Part shown: positions 48,921 through 58,528 of the stretch, in pieces | Layout of the letters: each line of letters starts with the position of its first letter | Numbering within the stretch: the stretch's first letter is position 1 | NCBI GenBank assembly: GCA_021740845.1 | Contig: JAIOYZ010000019.1 | Location: forward strand, 8,828-72,827 | DNA: 64,000 nt | Reading direction: 5' to 3' | DNA from: Bacteroidia bacterium | GTDB lineage: Bacteria; Bacteroidota; Bacteroidia; UKL13-3 | Notes under the pieces: generated by a model | What the model was told of the DNA's origin: nothing | Seen by the model: the letters and a program-made list of their open reading frames with translations, nothing else | Databases searched by the model: none | Translations under genes and position numbers: made by a program

Positions 48921-50663
48921 ATGCGTTGGTTTATATTTTTAGTTGGAATATTATTGAATATAGCTTGCAACCAAGTGCAGGTTGAAATAAGGAATGTGCC
49001 TGAAAACACCCCTACTGGCGCTCAAGTTTATATCACCGGAAATTTCAATAATTGGAATCCTGGCGACCCAAACTATTTGATGAAATACGATGAAGTAAAC
49101 AAACGCTTTTATGCCAAATTGCCTGTTGGTTTTGGAGAGATAGCTTATAAATTTACAAGAGGCGATTGGACCACCGTTGAAGCAGATAGTTGTGGAGGTG
49201 ATATTGAAAACAGAAGTTTTACTTATGGCAGCTCCGATTCTTCTATAAACTATATCAGTGGTTGGAGCGATTTAGCACCTGTATATTGCGGAAGACTTAC
49301 CATCGTTTTAGACAAAATACCTGAGAAAACTCCAAAAGGTAGTCCTATCTTTTTATCTGGTAATGTAAACTATTGGATATTGGGTCAGGCCGACTACCGA
49401 TTTAAAAAGGGCAATGATGGCAAATATTTCCTTACTGTGCCAAGGCGTGAAGACAAGTTGATTTTTAAGATAAACAGAGGCACTTGGGAAAGCATTGAAG
49501 TAGATGCCAATAACCAAGGGGAAGAATCGCGAGTAATAAAATTTGGGGAGGAAGACACCATACATTTGGTGATGCGCAATTGGATTGATTTACCCAATGA
49601 AAATCCAATTACCAAAACCATTTGCATTAAAAATCTTCCAAAAGAAACTCCTGCAAATTGTAAAATTTATCTTTCTGGTTCTTTCAATAATTGGAATCCA
49701 ATGGATGAAAGTTATTTGTTTAAGAAAAATGCAAAAGGAGAATATTATATCAATTATTTGTTTTCGGAAAACGACATTGAAGAATATAAAATTACTCGTG
49801 GGGGCTGGGAAAGAAGAGAGTTGAAGTTGAACAAAGAGGAAATGAAAAATCGGGTATTGACAAAAGATGGAAAGGATACTCAAATTCTTGTTATAAGCAG
49901 ATGGGCCGACCAACAATTAAATGGAAGACCTAATTCCACGCAAAGCAATCCACCACCGCCAGAAATTCCAAAAGAATTGATTCCTGTGGAAGTTGAAAAT
50001 CCGTATGCGGGTAACATAGAAAGCGCACGTAAAATTATATTTATTTTAGATAAAGTGCCTGAACCAAAAAGCAAGAACGAACGCATTTATTTAACAGGAG
50101 ATTTTAATGATTGGGTTACGGATATGCCTGGCTTTGATTTTAAGTTATTGCCAAATGGAAAACGCTATTTAGTACTGCGCTTAAACGACAAACGTACGCA
50201 TGAGTTTAAGATTACACGCGGCGATTGGAGCAATGAGGCAAGTGATTTGAACCGAAACAAATGGGACAATAAAACCATTCCAGCTTCTTATGGTGATGAT
50301 ACAATTCATTTAAAAATTGAAAGTTGGGTAGATAGAATCCCTTCGCAAAGATTGGTTATAGTTATTGAAGATGTGCCTCAAAACACACCGCCACAAAGCA
50401 CGCTATATTTAAGTGGCAACTTCAATGGATGGCTTGCAAATGTGCAGGGTTATCAATTTAAGAAACTAAATGGCAAGTATTATTTAACCCTACCCGAGTT
50501 TAACGAAAACTACCAAGAATATAAAATTACTCGTGGCGATTGGAATAATGAATTTGCAAATAGTAAAGGCAGGGTATTGTCGAACCAAAAGTTCAAAAAA
50601 CACTATGAAAATGATACACTCAGCATACGCATAGCAGGCTGGGTAGATTTGCCAGCGAGGTAG
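48921..50663 (+). CDS. Lipoprotein made of five tandem CBM20/CBM48-like modules
   Basis: Lipobox NIAC; five repeats of P..TP....(I/L)Y(I/L)(S/T)G.FN.W...(Y/F)K(I/F)TRG.W...E...I..W.D. Confidence 0.75.
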   Translation: MRWFIFLVGILLNIACNQVQVEIRNVPENTPTGAQVYITGNFNNWNPGDPNYLMKYDEVNKRFYAKLPVGFGEIAYKFTRGDWTTVEADSCGGDIENRSFTYGSSDSSINYISGWSDLAPVYCGRLTIVLDKIPEKTPKGSPIFLSGNVNYWILGQADYRFKKGNDGKYFLTVPRREDKLIFKINRGTWESIEVDANNQGEESRVIKFGEEDTIHLVMRNWIDLPNENPITKTICIKNLPKETPANCKIYLSGSFNNWNPMDESYLFKKNAKGEYYINYLFSENDIEEYKITRGGWERRELKLNKEEMKNRVLTKDGKDTQILVISRWADQQLNGRPNSTQSNPPPPEIPKELIPVEVENPYAGNIESARKIIFILDKVPEPKSKNERIYLTGDFNDWVTDMPGFDFKLLPNGKRYLVLRLNDKRTHEFKITRGDWSNEASDLNRNKWDNKTIPASYGDDTIHLKIESWVDRIPSQRLVIVIEDVPQNTPPQSTLYLSGNFNGWLANVQGYQFKKLNGKYYLTLPEFNENYQEYKITRGDWNNEFANSKGRVLSNQKFKKHYENDTLSIRIAGWVDLPAR

Positions 50664-50820
50664 AGAAACCAATTACGACAAACTAGAGGGAAAATTAGTT
50701 GTAATTAAAGATTTCAGGAAAAATTTATATTGCTTAAAATATGACAATCATTCTTTAATGGTTTTTAAATTAAAAAATGCTACCCTTTAGAATTATTGAA
50801 AATTACCCAAAATAATTGCG

Positions 50821-51654
50821 ATGAAAAAAGAAATAGGTACCAAATTATTTGAACAAAAAAAAGTAAGGAGCCATTACGATACTGAAAAAGAAACTTGGTA
50901 TTTCAGTATTATAGATGTGATAGAAATTTTAACAGATAGCAGGTTACCAAAAAGGTACTGGAGTGACTTGAAAAATAAATTAGTTAAAGAAGGTAGTGAA
51001 GCGTACGAAAAAATCGTACGGTTGAAAATGGTTGCATCAGATGGTAAAATGAGAGAAACTGACGCAGCTGATACAGAAAACCTGTTACGACTAATTCAGT
51101 CAATTCCTTCTCCTAAAGCAGAGCCTTTTAAGCAATGGCTTGCAAAAGTAGGTTATGAAAGGATGAAGGAAATTTCCGACCCAGGACAAAGTATTGACCG
51201 AGCCAGAGAAAATTGGAAAAAATTGGGAAGGAGTGAAAAATGGATTCAGCAAAGAATGACTGGCCAAGAAACTCGGAATAAACTCACCGATTATTGGAAA
51301 GAAAGTGGTGTTGAAAAACAAGATGAATTTGCTTTTCTAACCAATATTATACATCAAGAATGGACTGGTATAAGTGTAAAAAAGCATAAGGAAATAAAAG
51401 GATTGAAATCTCAAAACCTAAGAGACCACATGAGTGAAGCCGAACTAATCTTCACGGCATTAGCAGAGCTTTCCACCAGGCAAATAGCAGAAGCTGAAAT
51501 GGCAAATGGACTTATAGAAAATGCTAAAGCAGGCAAAAAGGGCGGAAAAATAGCAAAAGACGCAAGGATAAAACTCGAAGCACAAACAGGAAAAAAAGTT
51601 ATAACCGATGAAAATTTCCTTCCTCCAAAAAAGAATATCAAAAAATTAAAATAG
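50821..51654 (+). CDS. BRO-N domain protein (antirepressor-like)
   Basis: WYFSIIDV, YW..LK, DGK.R.TD, RLIQSIPSPKAEPFK.WLA, NLRDHM..EL. Confidence 0.85.
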   Translation: MKKEIGTKLFEQKKVRSHYDTEKETWYFSIIDVIEILTDSRLPKRYWSDLKNKLVKEGSEAYEKIVRLKMVASDGKMRETDAADTENLLRLIQSIPSPKAEPFKQWLAKVGYERMKEISDPGQSIDRARENWKKLGRSEKWIQQRMTGQETRNKLTDYWKESGVEKQDEFAFLTNIIHQEWTGISVKKHKEIKGLKSQNLRDHMSEAELIFTALAELSTRQIAEAEMANGLIENAKAGKKGGKIAKDARIKLEAQTGKKVITDENFLPPKKNIKKLK

Positions 51655-51818
51655 GTAAATGTAAGATTGACAAGACTGATAACTTCAGAAATAATTCACC
51701 TTTTAATCTCGTCATTCAAAATTGGTCAAAGTTAAATTCATGTGCTTTTAGGTAGTTTTCATTTAGAATTAAGTAATTGAAATTCCTTTGGTTTTCGTTT
51801 ATTTGCGCCAAAGGCTAA

Positions 51819-53210
51819 ATGGAAAAAGGCAAATCATTTTTTGGGAGATCGCTCGCTATAATTCGGCAATCCTTATCTGGGGACGAACAAGACTATACAC
51901 AAGGAAGTATTTCTCGTGCGGTATTTCTATTGGCTATTCCTATGATTTTGGAATTAAGCCTAGAAAGTGTTTTTGCCGTGGTAGATATGTTTTTTGTGGG
52001 AAAATTGGGTCAGAACGCAATTGCTACTGTTGGCTTAACCGAATCTGTGGTGACCATAGTATATTCATTGGCCATAGGTTTAAGCACAGGTGCAACCGCA
52101 ATTGTTGCACGAAGAATTGGAGAAAAAGACCCAAGGTCTGCAGCACATGCTGGAGCCCAATCCATTGTTTTGGCATTAATAGCAACGGTATTTTTTAGCG
52201 CCATAGGCATTTATTATGCCGCAGAAATTTTAAGTCTGATGGGCGCAAGCGAAGAAGTGGTAAGAGATGGAGCCATTTTTACACGCATTATGTTAGGCGG
52301 CAGTTTGGCCATTATTTTATTGTTCTTAATAAACGGAATATTTAGAGGCGCAGGAGATGCAGCTATGGCCATGAAAAGCCTATGGATTGCTAGTATCATT
52401 AATATAGTTTTATGCCCAATTTTTATACATTTCTTTGGGTTAAAAGGAGCTGCCATTGCAACTGTAATAGGAAGAAGTTCGGGTGTTTTATACCAATGTT
52501 ACCATCTGTTTTTAGGCAAAGGAGTAATCAAAATAAGGCGCAGCGATTTTAATTGGGATGTCAGTGGAATGAAATCCATTATTACCATTGCCTGGCCAGC
52601 AACCATGCAATTTATTATTGCCAGTGGTAGCTGGTTAATTTTGGCCAAATTGGTTGCAGAAACAGGAGGCACCACTGCTTCGGCAGGATACCAAATAGCT
52701 ATTAGAAATGTGGTTTTCTTTATTTTACCCGCTTGGGGCTTGAGCAATGCTGCGGCAACTTTGGTAGGACAAAATTTAGGCGCCAATCAAATAGAGAGAG
52801 CGCAGAAAAGTGTTTATCTTACGGCTAAATACAATGCCATATTTATGAGTTTTGTGATGGTATTATTCTTGTTTTTCGCTGATTCAATTATTGCTATTTT
52901 TACACAAGACCCTTCAGTAGCGGCTTATGCGGTTCAAGCCTTACAAATTATTGGTTCAGGCTATATTTTTTATGGTATTGGAATGGTAATGGTGCAAGCC
53001 TTAAATGGGGCTGGAGATACCAAAACCCCTACCCTCATAAATTTCTTTTGCTTTTGGGTATTTCAAATTCCCTTTGCTTATTTTTTAGCAAACGGTTTGA
53101 ACCTAAAATCAACCGGTGCCTTTATTGCTATTCCTGTTGCAGAATCAGCAATTGCTTTGATTGCTTGGTATTATTTCATCAAAGGAAAATGGAAAACTCT
53201 TAAAGTATAA
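51819..53210 (+). CDS. MATE-family efflux transporter
   Basis: LAIPMILE, VDMFFVGKLG, RGAGD, GQNLGA, NGAGDT.TP; about 12 TM helices. Confidence 0.93.
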   Translation: MEKGKSFFGRSLAIIRQSLSGDEQDYTQGSISRAVFLLAIPMILELSLESVFAVVDMFFVGKLGQNAIATVGLTESVVTIVYSLAIGLSTGATAIVARRIGEKDPRSAAHAGAQSIVLALIATVFFSAIGIYYAAEILSLMGASEEVVRDGAIFTRIMLGGSLAIILLFLINGIFRGAGDAAMAMKSLWIASIINIVLCPIFIHFFGLKGAAIATVIGRSSGVLYQCYHLFLGKGVIKIRRSDFNWDVSGMKSIITIAWPATMQFIIASGSWLILAKLVAETGGTTASAGYQIAIRNVVFFILPAWGLSNAAATLVGQNLGANQIERAQKSVYLTAKYNAIFMSFVMVLFLFFADSIIAIFTQDPSVAAYAVQALQIIGSGYIFYGIGMVMVQALNGAGDTKTPTLINFFCFWVFQIPFAYFLANGLNLKSTGAFIAIPVAESAIALIAWYYFIKGKWKTLKV

Positions 53211-53220
53211 TCGGGAGATA

Positions 53221-53634
53221 ATGGCTTCAAGAAAGTTTTATAAAGTAGAAGATTATTTCGACCATTTAGCACCTTGGATGCAAGAAAGAGCCTATGTGGT
53301 GCGCGAACTTATTTTAGGTTCAAACCGAAATATTGTAGAAAGCATGAAGTACAATGTACCTTTCTATACTTACGAAGGTTACTTGTTTTACTTGGGAATT
53401 TATAAAAAAACACAATTGGTTTTGGCCTTTTGCAATGGCGTGCATGTACCAGATGCGCATGGACTTTTAAGAGCAGATGCCAAGCAAACTCAATTGAGGC
53501 ATTGGCCATTGTTACAAGACCAAGAACCAGATTATGAACTGTTGGCTCAATACATAGAATTAGCCATTGATGTCAACAAGAATTTAAGAACAAGTAGCTT
53601 TGGTATAAAAACAAAAACTATTACTAACAAATAA
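53221..53634 (+). CDS. DUF1801 (YdhG-like) protein
   Basis: RELIL, E.MKYNVPFY, L.F..G motifs; ATG 53221 preferred. Confidence 0.75.
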   Translation: MASRKFYKVEDYFDHLAPWMQERAYVVRELILGSNRNIVESMKYNVPFYTYEGYLFYLGIYKKTQLVLAFCNGVHVPDAHGLLRADAKQTQLRHWPLLQDQEPDYELLAQYIELAIDVNKNLRTSSFGIKTKTITNK

Positions 53635-53637
53635 GTG

Positions 53638-54159
53638 ATGAACGATGCATTTAAACTAGTTAGCTGCCAGCAAAAACATGCGGCCTTATTGGCACAATTG
53701 GGAGGCTCTACTTTTTACGAAACCTTTGCTCCGCATAATGATGCTGCCGATATGGATGCTTATATTTCTAAGACCTATTCTGTAAAAGCCATACAAGAAA
53801 ATTTAAGTAAAGAGGATGTTTTGTATTATGCCGCTTATAACCAAGAAACAGATATTGGCTATCTAAAATTGATAAAGAATGTTAGCATTCTTTCACTCCA
53901 AGGAAGCATTTTAGAGATTGAGAAAATCTATGTAAGGCAAGAAGCACAAGGCTCTGGAGTGGCAGCTAAATTGATGGAGCAGGCCATTAAAACTGCCAAA
54001 GAGCTTAAGTTTCAAGAACTGTTTTTAGGCGTTTGGCAAGAGAACGAAAGAGCCATTGCTTTCTATAAAAAATTCGGCTTCCAAGTTTTTGATACACGGC
54101 AATTTCAATTAGGCCAACGCCTGTGTGAGGATTACCTTTTGCATTTAACGATTAACTAA
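53638..54159 (+). CDS. GNAT N-acetyltransferase (PaiA-like)
   Basis: TFYETF, LEIEKIYV...QG.G, LGVWQEN.RAIAFYKKFGF. Confidence 0.88.
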   Translation: MNDAFKLVSCQQKHAALLAQLGGSTFYETFAPHNDAADMDAYISKTYSVKAIQENLSKEDVLYYAAYNQETDIGYLKLIKNVSILSLQGSILEIEKIYVRQEAQGSGVAAKLMEQAIKTAKELKFQELFLGVWQENERAIAFYKKFGFQVFDTRQFQLGQRLCEDYLLHLTIN

Positions 54160-54266
54160 ATTATTCCTAGATAAGATTTTTGGGGAAATGCCAATGCAAA
54201 AGTTTGACACCAGCACAATAACCAAGTCCTAAAAATTCTTATATTTGAATACTATACTCTTGTTTC

Positions 54267-55487
54267 ATGATTAAAAAAATACTCTTTCTCGCTTGCTTTA
54301 GTTTTGCATTTAATTTTGCCTTTGCGCAACGTTATTTAAGTCAGGTTTTTGATTCTGTATATGTTGCTGCCGATATTTTATATGGCTTTAACTATAATTA
54401 CAAAGGCGATAGCACCAACTTATATTTAGATATTTACCAACCCAAAGGCGATACGGCTAAAAATAGACCTGTAGTAATTTTAGCGCATGGAGGTTCTTTT
54501 GTGCAAGGCAGCAGAAAGGCCCAAGATATCACCGAAGTTTGCACCCGTTTGGCAAAAATGGGCTATGTAACTGTATCTTTTCAATACCGTTTGGGAGTAG
54601 ATATTTTAAGCGGCAAAACCTTAGAACAAGAATTTAGTCAGGCCGTTTGGCGCGGCACTCAAGATGGCAGAGCAGCAGTACGTTTTATTAGAAAGCAAAT
54701 TGAAAACGGAAATCCTTATAACTTAAATACCAACCAAGTTTATTCTGGTGGCATTTCTGCCGGCGGTGTTTTGGGCCTGCATTTGGCCTTTCTAGACGTG
54801 CCCAGCGAATTATCTCAATTGGCAATTGATACCAATGAAATTGGCGGCATTGAAGGCGAAAGTGGCAATGCGGGTTATAGTTGGAAGGTGAATGGCGTAG
54901 TGAGTTTATGCGGTGCTTTGGCAAATGTAAGTTGGCTCAACAATAATAAAGACATTAGCATTTGCAATATGCACGGAACCATCGATGCAACCGTTCCTTA
55001 TAAAACTGCTTACTTTAAATTCTTTGGTGCAGATGTAGCCATTTTGCAAGGCAGCTTTAGCGTTGATTCGGCAGCCATGCAACAAGGCATAGACACCCGT
55101 TTGCATACTTTTGAAGGTGCCGACCATGTTCCATTTTCTGGCACTACTTCCACACAAATGCAATACATGGATACTACCATTGAGTATGTTGCCCGCTATT
55201 TATACAAACACGTTACAGGTATAGTTCCTAGCGGTTTGAACCAAACGCTTGCTGAAATAAGTTTTCAGGTATTTCCAAATCCTGCACAAGATAAAATCAC
55301 AGTTCAATTTCAAGATTCTAAAACACGCAGCATTGGTATATTTAACATGAGTGGACAAGAAGTAATTTTGGTTCAAACCGAAAAAGAAAAAGAACTAATT
55401 ACCATAGACAGCTTGCCGAAAGGAATGTATTTTATGGAAGTACGCGAAGCAGAAACTGTTTCTAGAAAACTAATTTTAGTAGATTAA
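54267..55487 (+). CDS. Alpha/beta hydrolase (carboxylesterase-like) with a T9SS type A sorting domain
   Basis: LDIYQP, HGGSF, YRLG, GISAGG, HGT.D.TVP, H; C-terminus VFPNPA...LPKGMYF. Confidence 0.88.
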   Translation: MIKKILFLACFSFAFNFAFAQRYLSQVFDSVYVAADILYGFNYNYKGDSTNLYLDIYQPKGDTAKNRPVVILAHGGSFVQGSRKAQDITEVCTRLAKMGYVTVSFQYRLGVDILSGKTLEQEFSQAVWRGTQDGRAAVRFIRKQIENGNPYNLNTNQVYSGGISAGGVLGLHLAFLDVPSELSQLAIDTNEIGGIEGESGNAGYSWKVNGVVSLCGALANVSWLNNNKDISICNMHGTIDATVPYKTAYFKFFGADVAILQGSFSVDSAAMQQGIDTRLHTFEGADHVPFSGTTSTQMQYMDTTIEYVARYLYKHVTGIVPSGLNQTLAEISFQVFPNPAQDKITVQFQDSKTRSIGIFNMSGQEVILVQTEKEKELITIDSLPKGMYFMEVREAETVSRKLILVD

Positions 55488-55834
55488 TGGCCATTCGTTT
55501 TTTTAAGGTTTACGATTTTCAAGAACATGGAAACGAGCCTCAAGCTTTGCACTCGGTGCGCACTATAGAAATAGACAACAAACTAATTTGCCTTGCTCGT
55601 TTGCCACAAGGTTATTTTGCAGTTGATGATAAATGTCCGCATGCAGGAGCACGCTTAGGCTTAGGAAAATGTAGCGAAGAAGGCATGGTAATTTGCCCAG
55701 TACACCGTTACCAATATGATGTAAAAACGGGCAGAGGCTTACCCAAACAAGGCGATTACGTAAATACCTATCCCGTTGAAACACGCAAGGATGGCGTTTA
55801 TATTGGCTTAGAAAAAAAGTGGTGGCAGTTTTAA
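55487..55834 (+). CDS. Rieske 2Fe-2S ferredoxin
   Basis: CPHAG...CPVH ligand motifs. Confidence 0.9.
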   Translation: MAIRFFKVYDFQEHGNEPQALHSVRTIEIDNKLICLARLPQGYFAVDDKCPHAGARLGLGKCSEEGMVICPVHRYQYDVKTGRGLPKQGDYVNTYPVETRKDGVYIGLEKKWWQF

Positions 55835-55839
55835 ACTGC

Positions 55840-56997
55840 TTAGTCTTTCACAAATTTTAAATGTGTTCTCACGTAATTGGCTTTTTCAATTACCTCATCA
55901 ATGGTATTGGCTAAGATACTTACGTGACCCATTTTGCGCATGGGTTTACTTTCGGCTTTGGCATATAAATGCACATAAACGCCTTCCATTTTGCTTACTG
56001 CATCCAAATTTTCTAATTGGTAAGAACCACTAAAATCTGGCGCTCCCAAAAGGTTTACCATACCAGCTGCTTTCACCAATTCTGTGCTGCCCAAAGGCAA
56101 GCCCAAAAGTATTCTTGCAAGCTGTTCGTATTGCGAAGTATAACAAGCTTCAATGGTGTGGTGACCACTATTATGTGGCCTTGGCGCTACTTCGTTTACA
56201 AAAATAGTTCCGGCTTGATCCAAAAATAATTCCACTGCAAACAATCCTGGACCATCTAATGCTTGAACCAAATTGCGTGCAATCTCTTCTGCTTTTTCTT
56301 CGATGATGCTGCCAACTCTTGCAGGTGAAATTAATAAAGTAACCAAATTAGCAATTGGGTCAAACTCCATTTCTATAGAAGGAAAAGAAGCTATATTTCC
56401 ATCTTGGTCGCGAGCAACTATTACGGCCAGTTCTTTCTGGCAAGCAATAAATTCTTCTAAAACGCACGGACCCTCAAAAGGAATTTTATCTGGGTTATTG
56501 ATAATTTCTTGGGAATTAAGAATAGCAACTCCTTTTCCATCGTAGCCGCCTTTACGGGTTTTGGCCACAAATTTTTCTGAACCCAAAAGTGGAATCAACC
56601 TACTCCATTCTGCTTTATTTTCTACTAAGAAAAATTTACCCGATGGAATATTATTCTTCAAGTAAAATTCTTTCTGCAATCCTTTGTCTTGAATCATTTG
56701 TAAAATTCGTGGCGAAGGAATTATGGTATGACCTTCCTTCTCCAATTTAAGCAAGGCCTCTGTATTTACATGTTCAATTTCGTAGGTAAGCACATCGCTA
56801 ATGGCAGCCAAATCTCTAATTTTTGCTTCGTCTAATAAACTACCTTGGATAAATTGATTGGCTAGCAAGGCACAAGGACAATTTGCCTCGGCTTCAAGAA
56901 TATTAAAATGTAAATTTAGACGCGAACTTTCTTGGATTAGCATGCGACCTAATTGACCACCACCCAAAACTCCAATTCTCTTTTTTAAAGGATTCAT
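55840..56997 (-). CDS. purK: N5-carboxyaminoimidazole ribonucleotide synthase
   Basis: GGGQLGRM, TYEIEHV, GGYDGKG, NEVAPRPHNSGH, RKMGH. Confidence 0.96.
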   Translation of the reverse strand: MNPLKKRIGVLGGGQLGRMLIQESSRLNLHFNILEAEANCPCALLANQFIQGSLLDEAKIRDLAAISDVLTYEIEHVNTEALLKLEKEGHTIIPSPRILQMIQDKGLQKEFYLKNNIPSGKFFLVENKAEWSRLIPLLGSEKFVAKTRKGGYDGKGVAILNSQEIINNPDKIPFEGPCVLEEFIACQKELAVIVARDQDGNIASFPSIEMEFDPIANLVTLLISPARVGSIIEEKAEEIARNLVQALDGPGLFAVELFLDQAGTIFVNEVAPRPHNSGHHTIEACYTSQYEQLARILLGLPLGSTELVKAAGMVNLLGAPDFSGSYQLENLDAVSKMEGVYVHLYAKAESKPMRKMGHVSILANTIDEVIEKANYVRTHLKFVKD

Positions 56998-57072
56998 TAA
57001 CGCAAAAATGATGTTTTACAATTGATAAAAAAAACTACCTTTGGTTTTCATCCTATAAACAATTTAAACAAT

Positions 57073-57276
57073 ATGTCAGGTGGACAAAAAAAAATCATTA
57101 TGGACAAGGCTCCATCAGGTGAACAATTAACCCTTAAAGTCGACTTAGGTTACGACAACAACAGTTTTCAAATTTTAGCAGATGCATTAAATGCTGAATT
57201 TGGCACTTCTATTACTGTAGCACAATTGGATGCATGCAACACGGTTGCAGATGCAATTGCCTTAGCCGGAGGGTAA
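57073..57276 (+). CDS. Small acyl-carrier-protein-like protein (67 aa) lacking the canonical Ser
   Basis: TACCTTTG at 57036-57043, ATG 57073, strong terminator after the stop; DLGYDNNS...L..EFG.SI......TV.D pattern. Confidence 0.6.
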   Translation: MSGGQKKIIMDKAPSGEQLTLKVDLGYDNNSFQILADALNAEFGTSITVAQLDACNTVADAIALAGG

Positions 57277-57278
57277 TT

Positions 57279-57317
57279 AAAAAAAATCCCATCAGCAGTG
57301 CTGATGGGATTTTTTTT
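57279..57317. terminator. Bidirectional intrinsic terminator
   Basis: AAAAAAAATCCCATCAGC-AGT-GCTGATGGGATTTTTTTT between convergent genes. Confidence 0.9.
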
Positions 57318-58449
57318 ATTTTTTTGAAGCACTCATTACTTCATTGTAAAACCGCTCGTAATGCGGTACAATTTCATTGATATCAAATTCTTTTGCACGA
57401 GCTAATGCTGCTTGTTTAAATTGCTTTAATCGAGCTGGATCTTCCAAAATATAAATAGCTTTTTCCGACATGGTAGCCACATCGCCAACATTACACAAAT
57501 AACCAGTTACACCTTCTACATTTAACTCTGGAATACCACCGGCATTACTAGAAATAACAGGCAATTCGCAAGCCATGGCTTCCAAGGCAGCCAAACCAAA
57601 ACTCTCGGTTTCGCTAGGCATTAAAAACAAATCGCAAACCGATAATATTTCCTCCACTTGATTTTGCTTACCCATAAAAGTAATAGAATCACATAGATTG
57701 AGTTCCCTGCACAATTTTTCAATATTTATACGCTCCGGACCATCGCCCATAAGCAATAATTTAGCGGGCATTTTTTTCCTAATTTCTGCAAACACTTTTA
57801 CAGCATCGTCTATGCGTTTTACTTTTCTAAAATTAGACGTATGCACAATTAGCTTTTCTCCATTTGGAGCAATTGCTGTTTTAAAATGTTCTCTATTTTG
57901 CTTGCTGAACCTACTCAAATCAATAAAGTTAGGAATCACTTCAATTTGACGAGTAATATCAAATAGGTCGTAAGTGTCTTTTTTAAGCGATTCTGAGACG
58001 GTTGTAACTCCATCCGACATATTGATGCTATATCTCACAACGGGTTCAAAACTGGCATCTTTACCAACCAAGGTAATATCTGTTCCGTGCAAGGTGGTAA
58101 TAACTGGAATATGAATTCCATCCATAGCTAAAATCTGCTTCGCCATCACAGCAGCAGAAGCATGAGGAATGGCATAATGCACATGTAATAAATCTAATTT
58201 CTCAAATTTTACTACATCTACCAAATGAGAAGTAAGAGCTGTTTCGTATGGAGGAAAATCGAACAAGGGATAACTGCTTACATAAACCTCATGGTAGAAA
58301 GTATTCTCAGTAAAAAAATCTAATCTTGCTGGCTGCTTGTAGGTAATAAAATGCACTTTGTGTCCGCGCAATGCCAAGGCTTTTCCCAATTCTGTTGCTA
58401 CAACTCCACTACCACCATAGGTTGGGTAACATACTATTCCAATATTCAT
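57316..58449 (-). CDS. bshA: N-acetyl-alpha-D-glucosaminyl L-malate synthase (bacillithiol biosynthesis)
   Basis: [61 protein letters not shown]. Confidence 0.93.
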   Translation of the reverse strand: MNIGIVCYPTYGGSGVVATELGKALALRGHKVHFITYKQPARLDFFTENTFYHEVYVSSYPLFDFPPYETALTSHLVDVVKFEKLDLLHVHYAIPHASAAVMAKQILAMDGIHIPVITTLHGTDITLVGKDASFEPVVRYSINMSDGVTTVSESLKKDTYDLFDITRQIEVIPNFIDLSRFSKQNREHFKTAIAPNGEKLIVHTSNFRKVKRIDDAVKVFAEIRKKMPAKLLLMGDGPERINIEKLCRELNLCDSITFMGKQNQVEEILSVCDLFLMPSETESFGLAALEAMACELPVISSNAGGIPELNVEGVTGYLCNVGDVATMSEKAIYILEDPARLKQFKQAALARAKEFDINEIVPHYERFYNEVMSASKK

Positions 58450-58528
58450 TTAGTCTTTTCTATTAAAGTATAAAAGCATTCGGTTTGTTTTGAACCAAAC
58501 GCCTTTTTCAGAAAAAAAATCACCGAAT

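Noticed and set aside
50821-51654. Prophage
   Set aside because: No integrase, structural or replication genes nearby.
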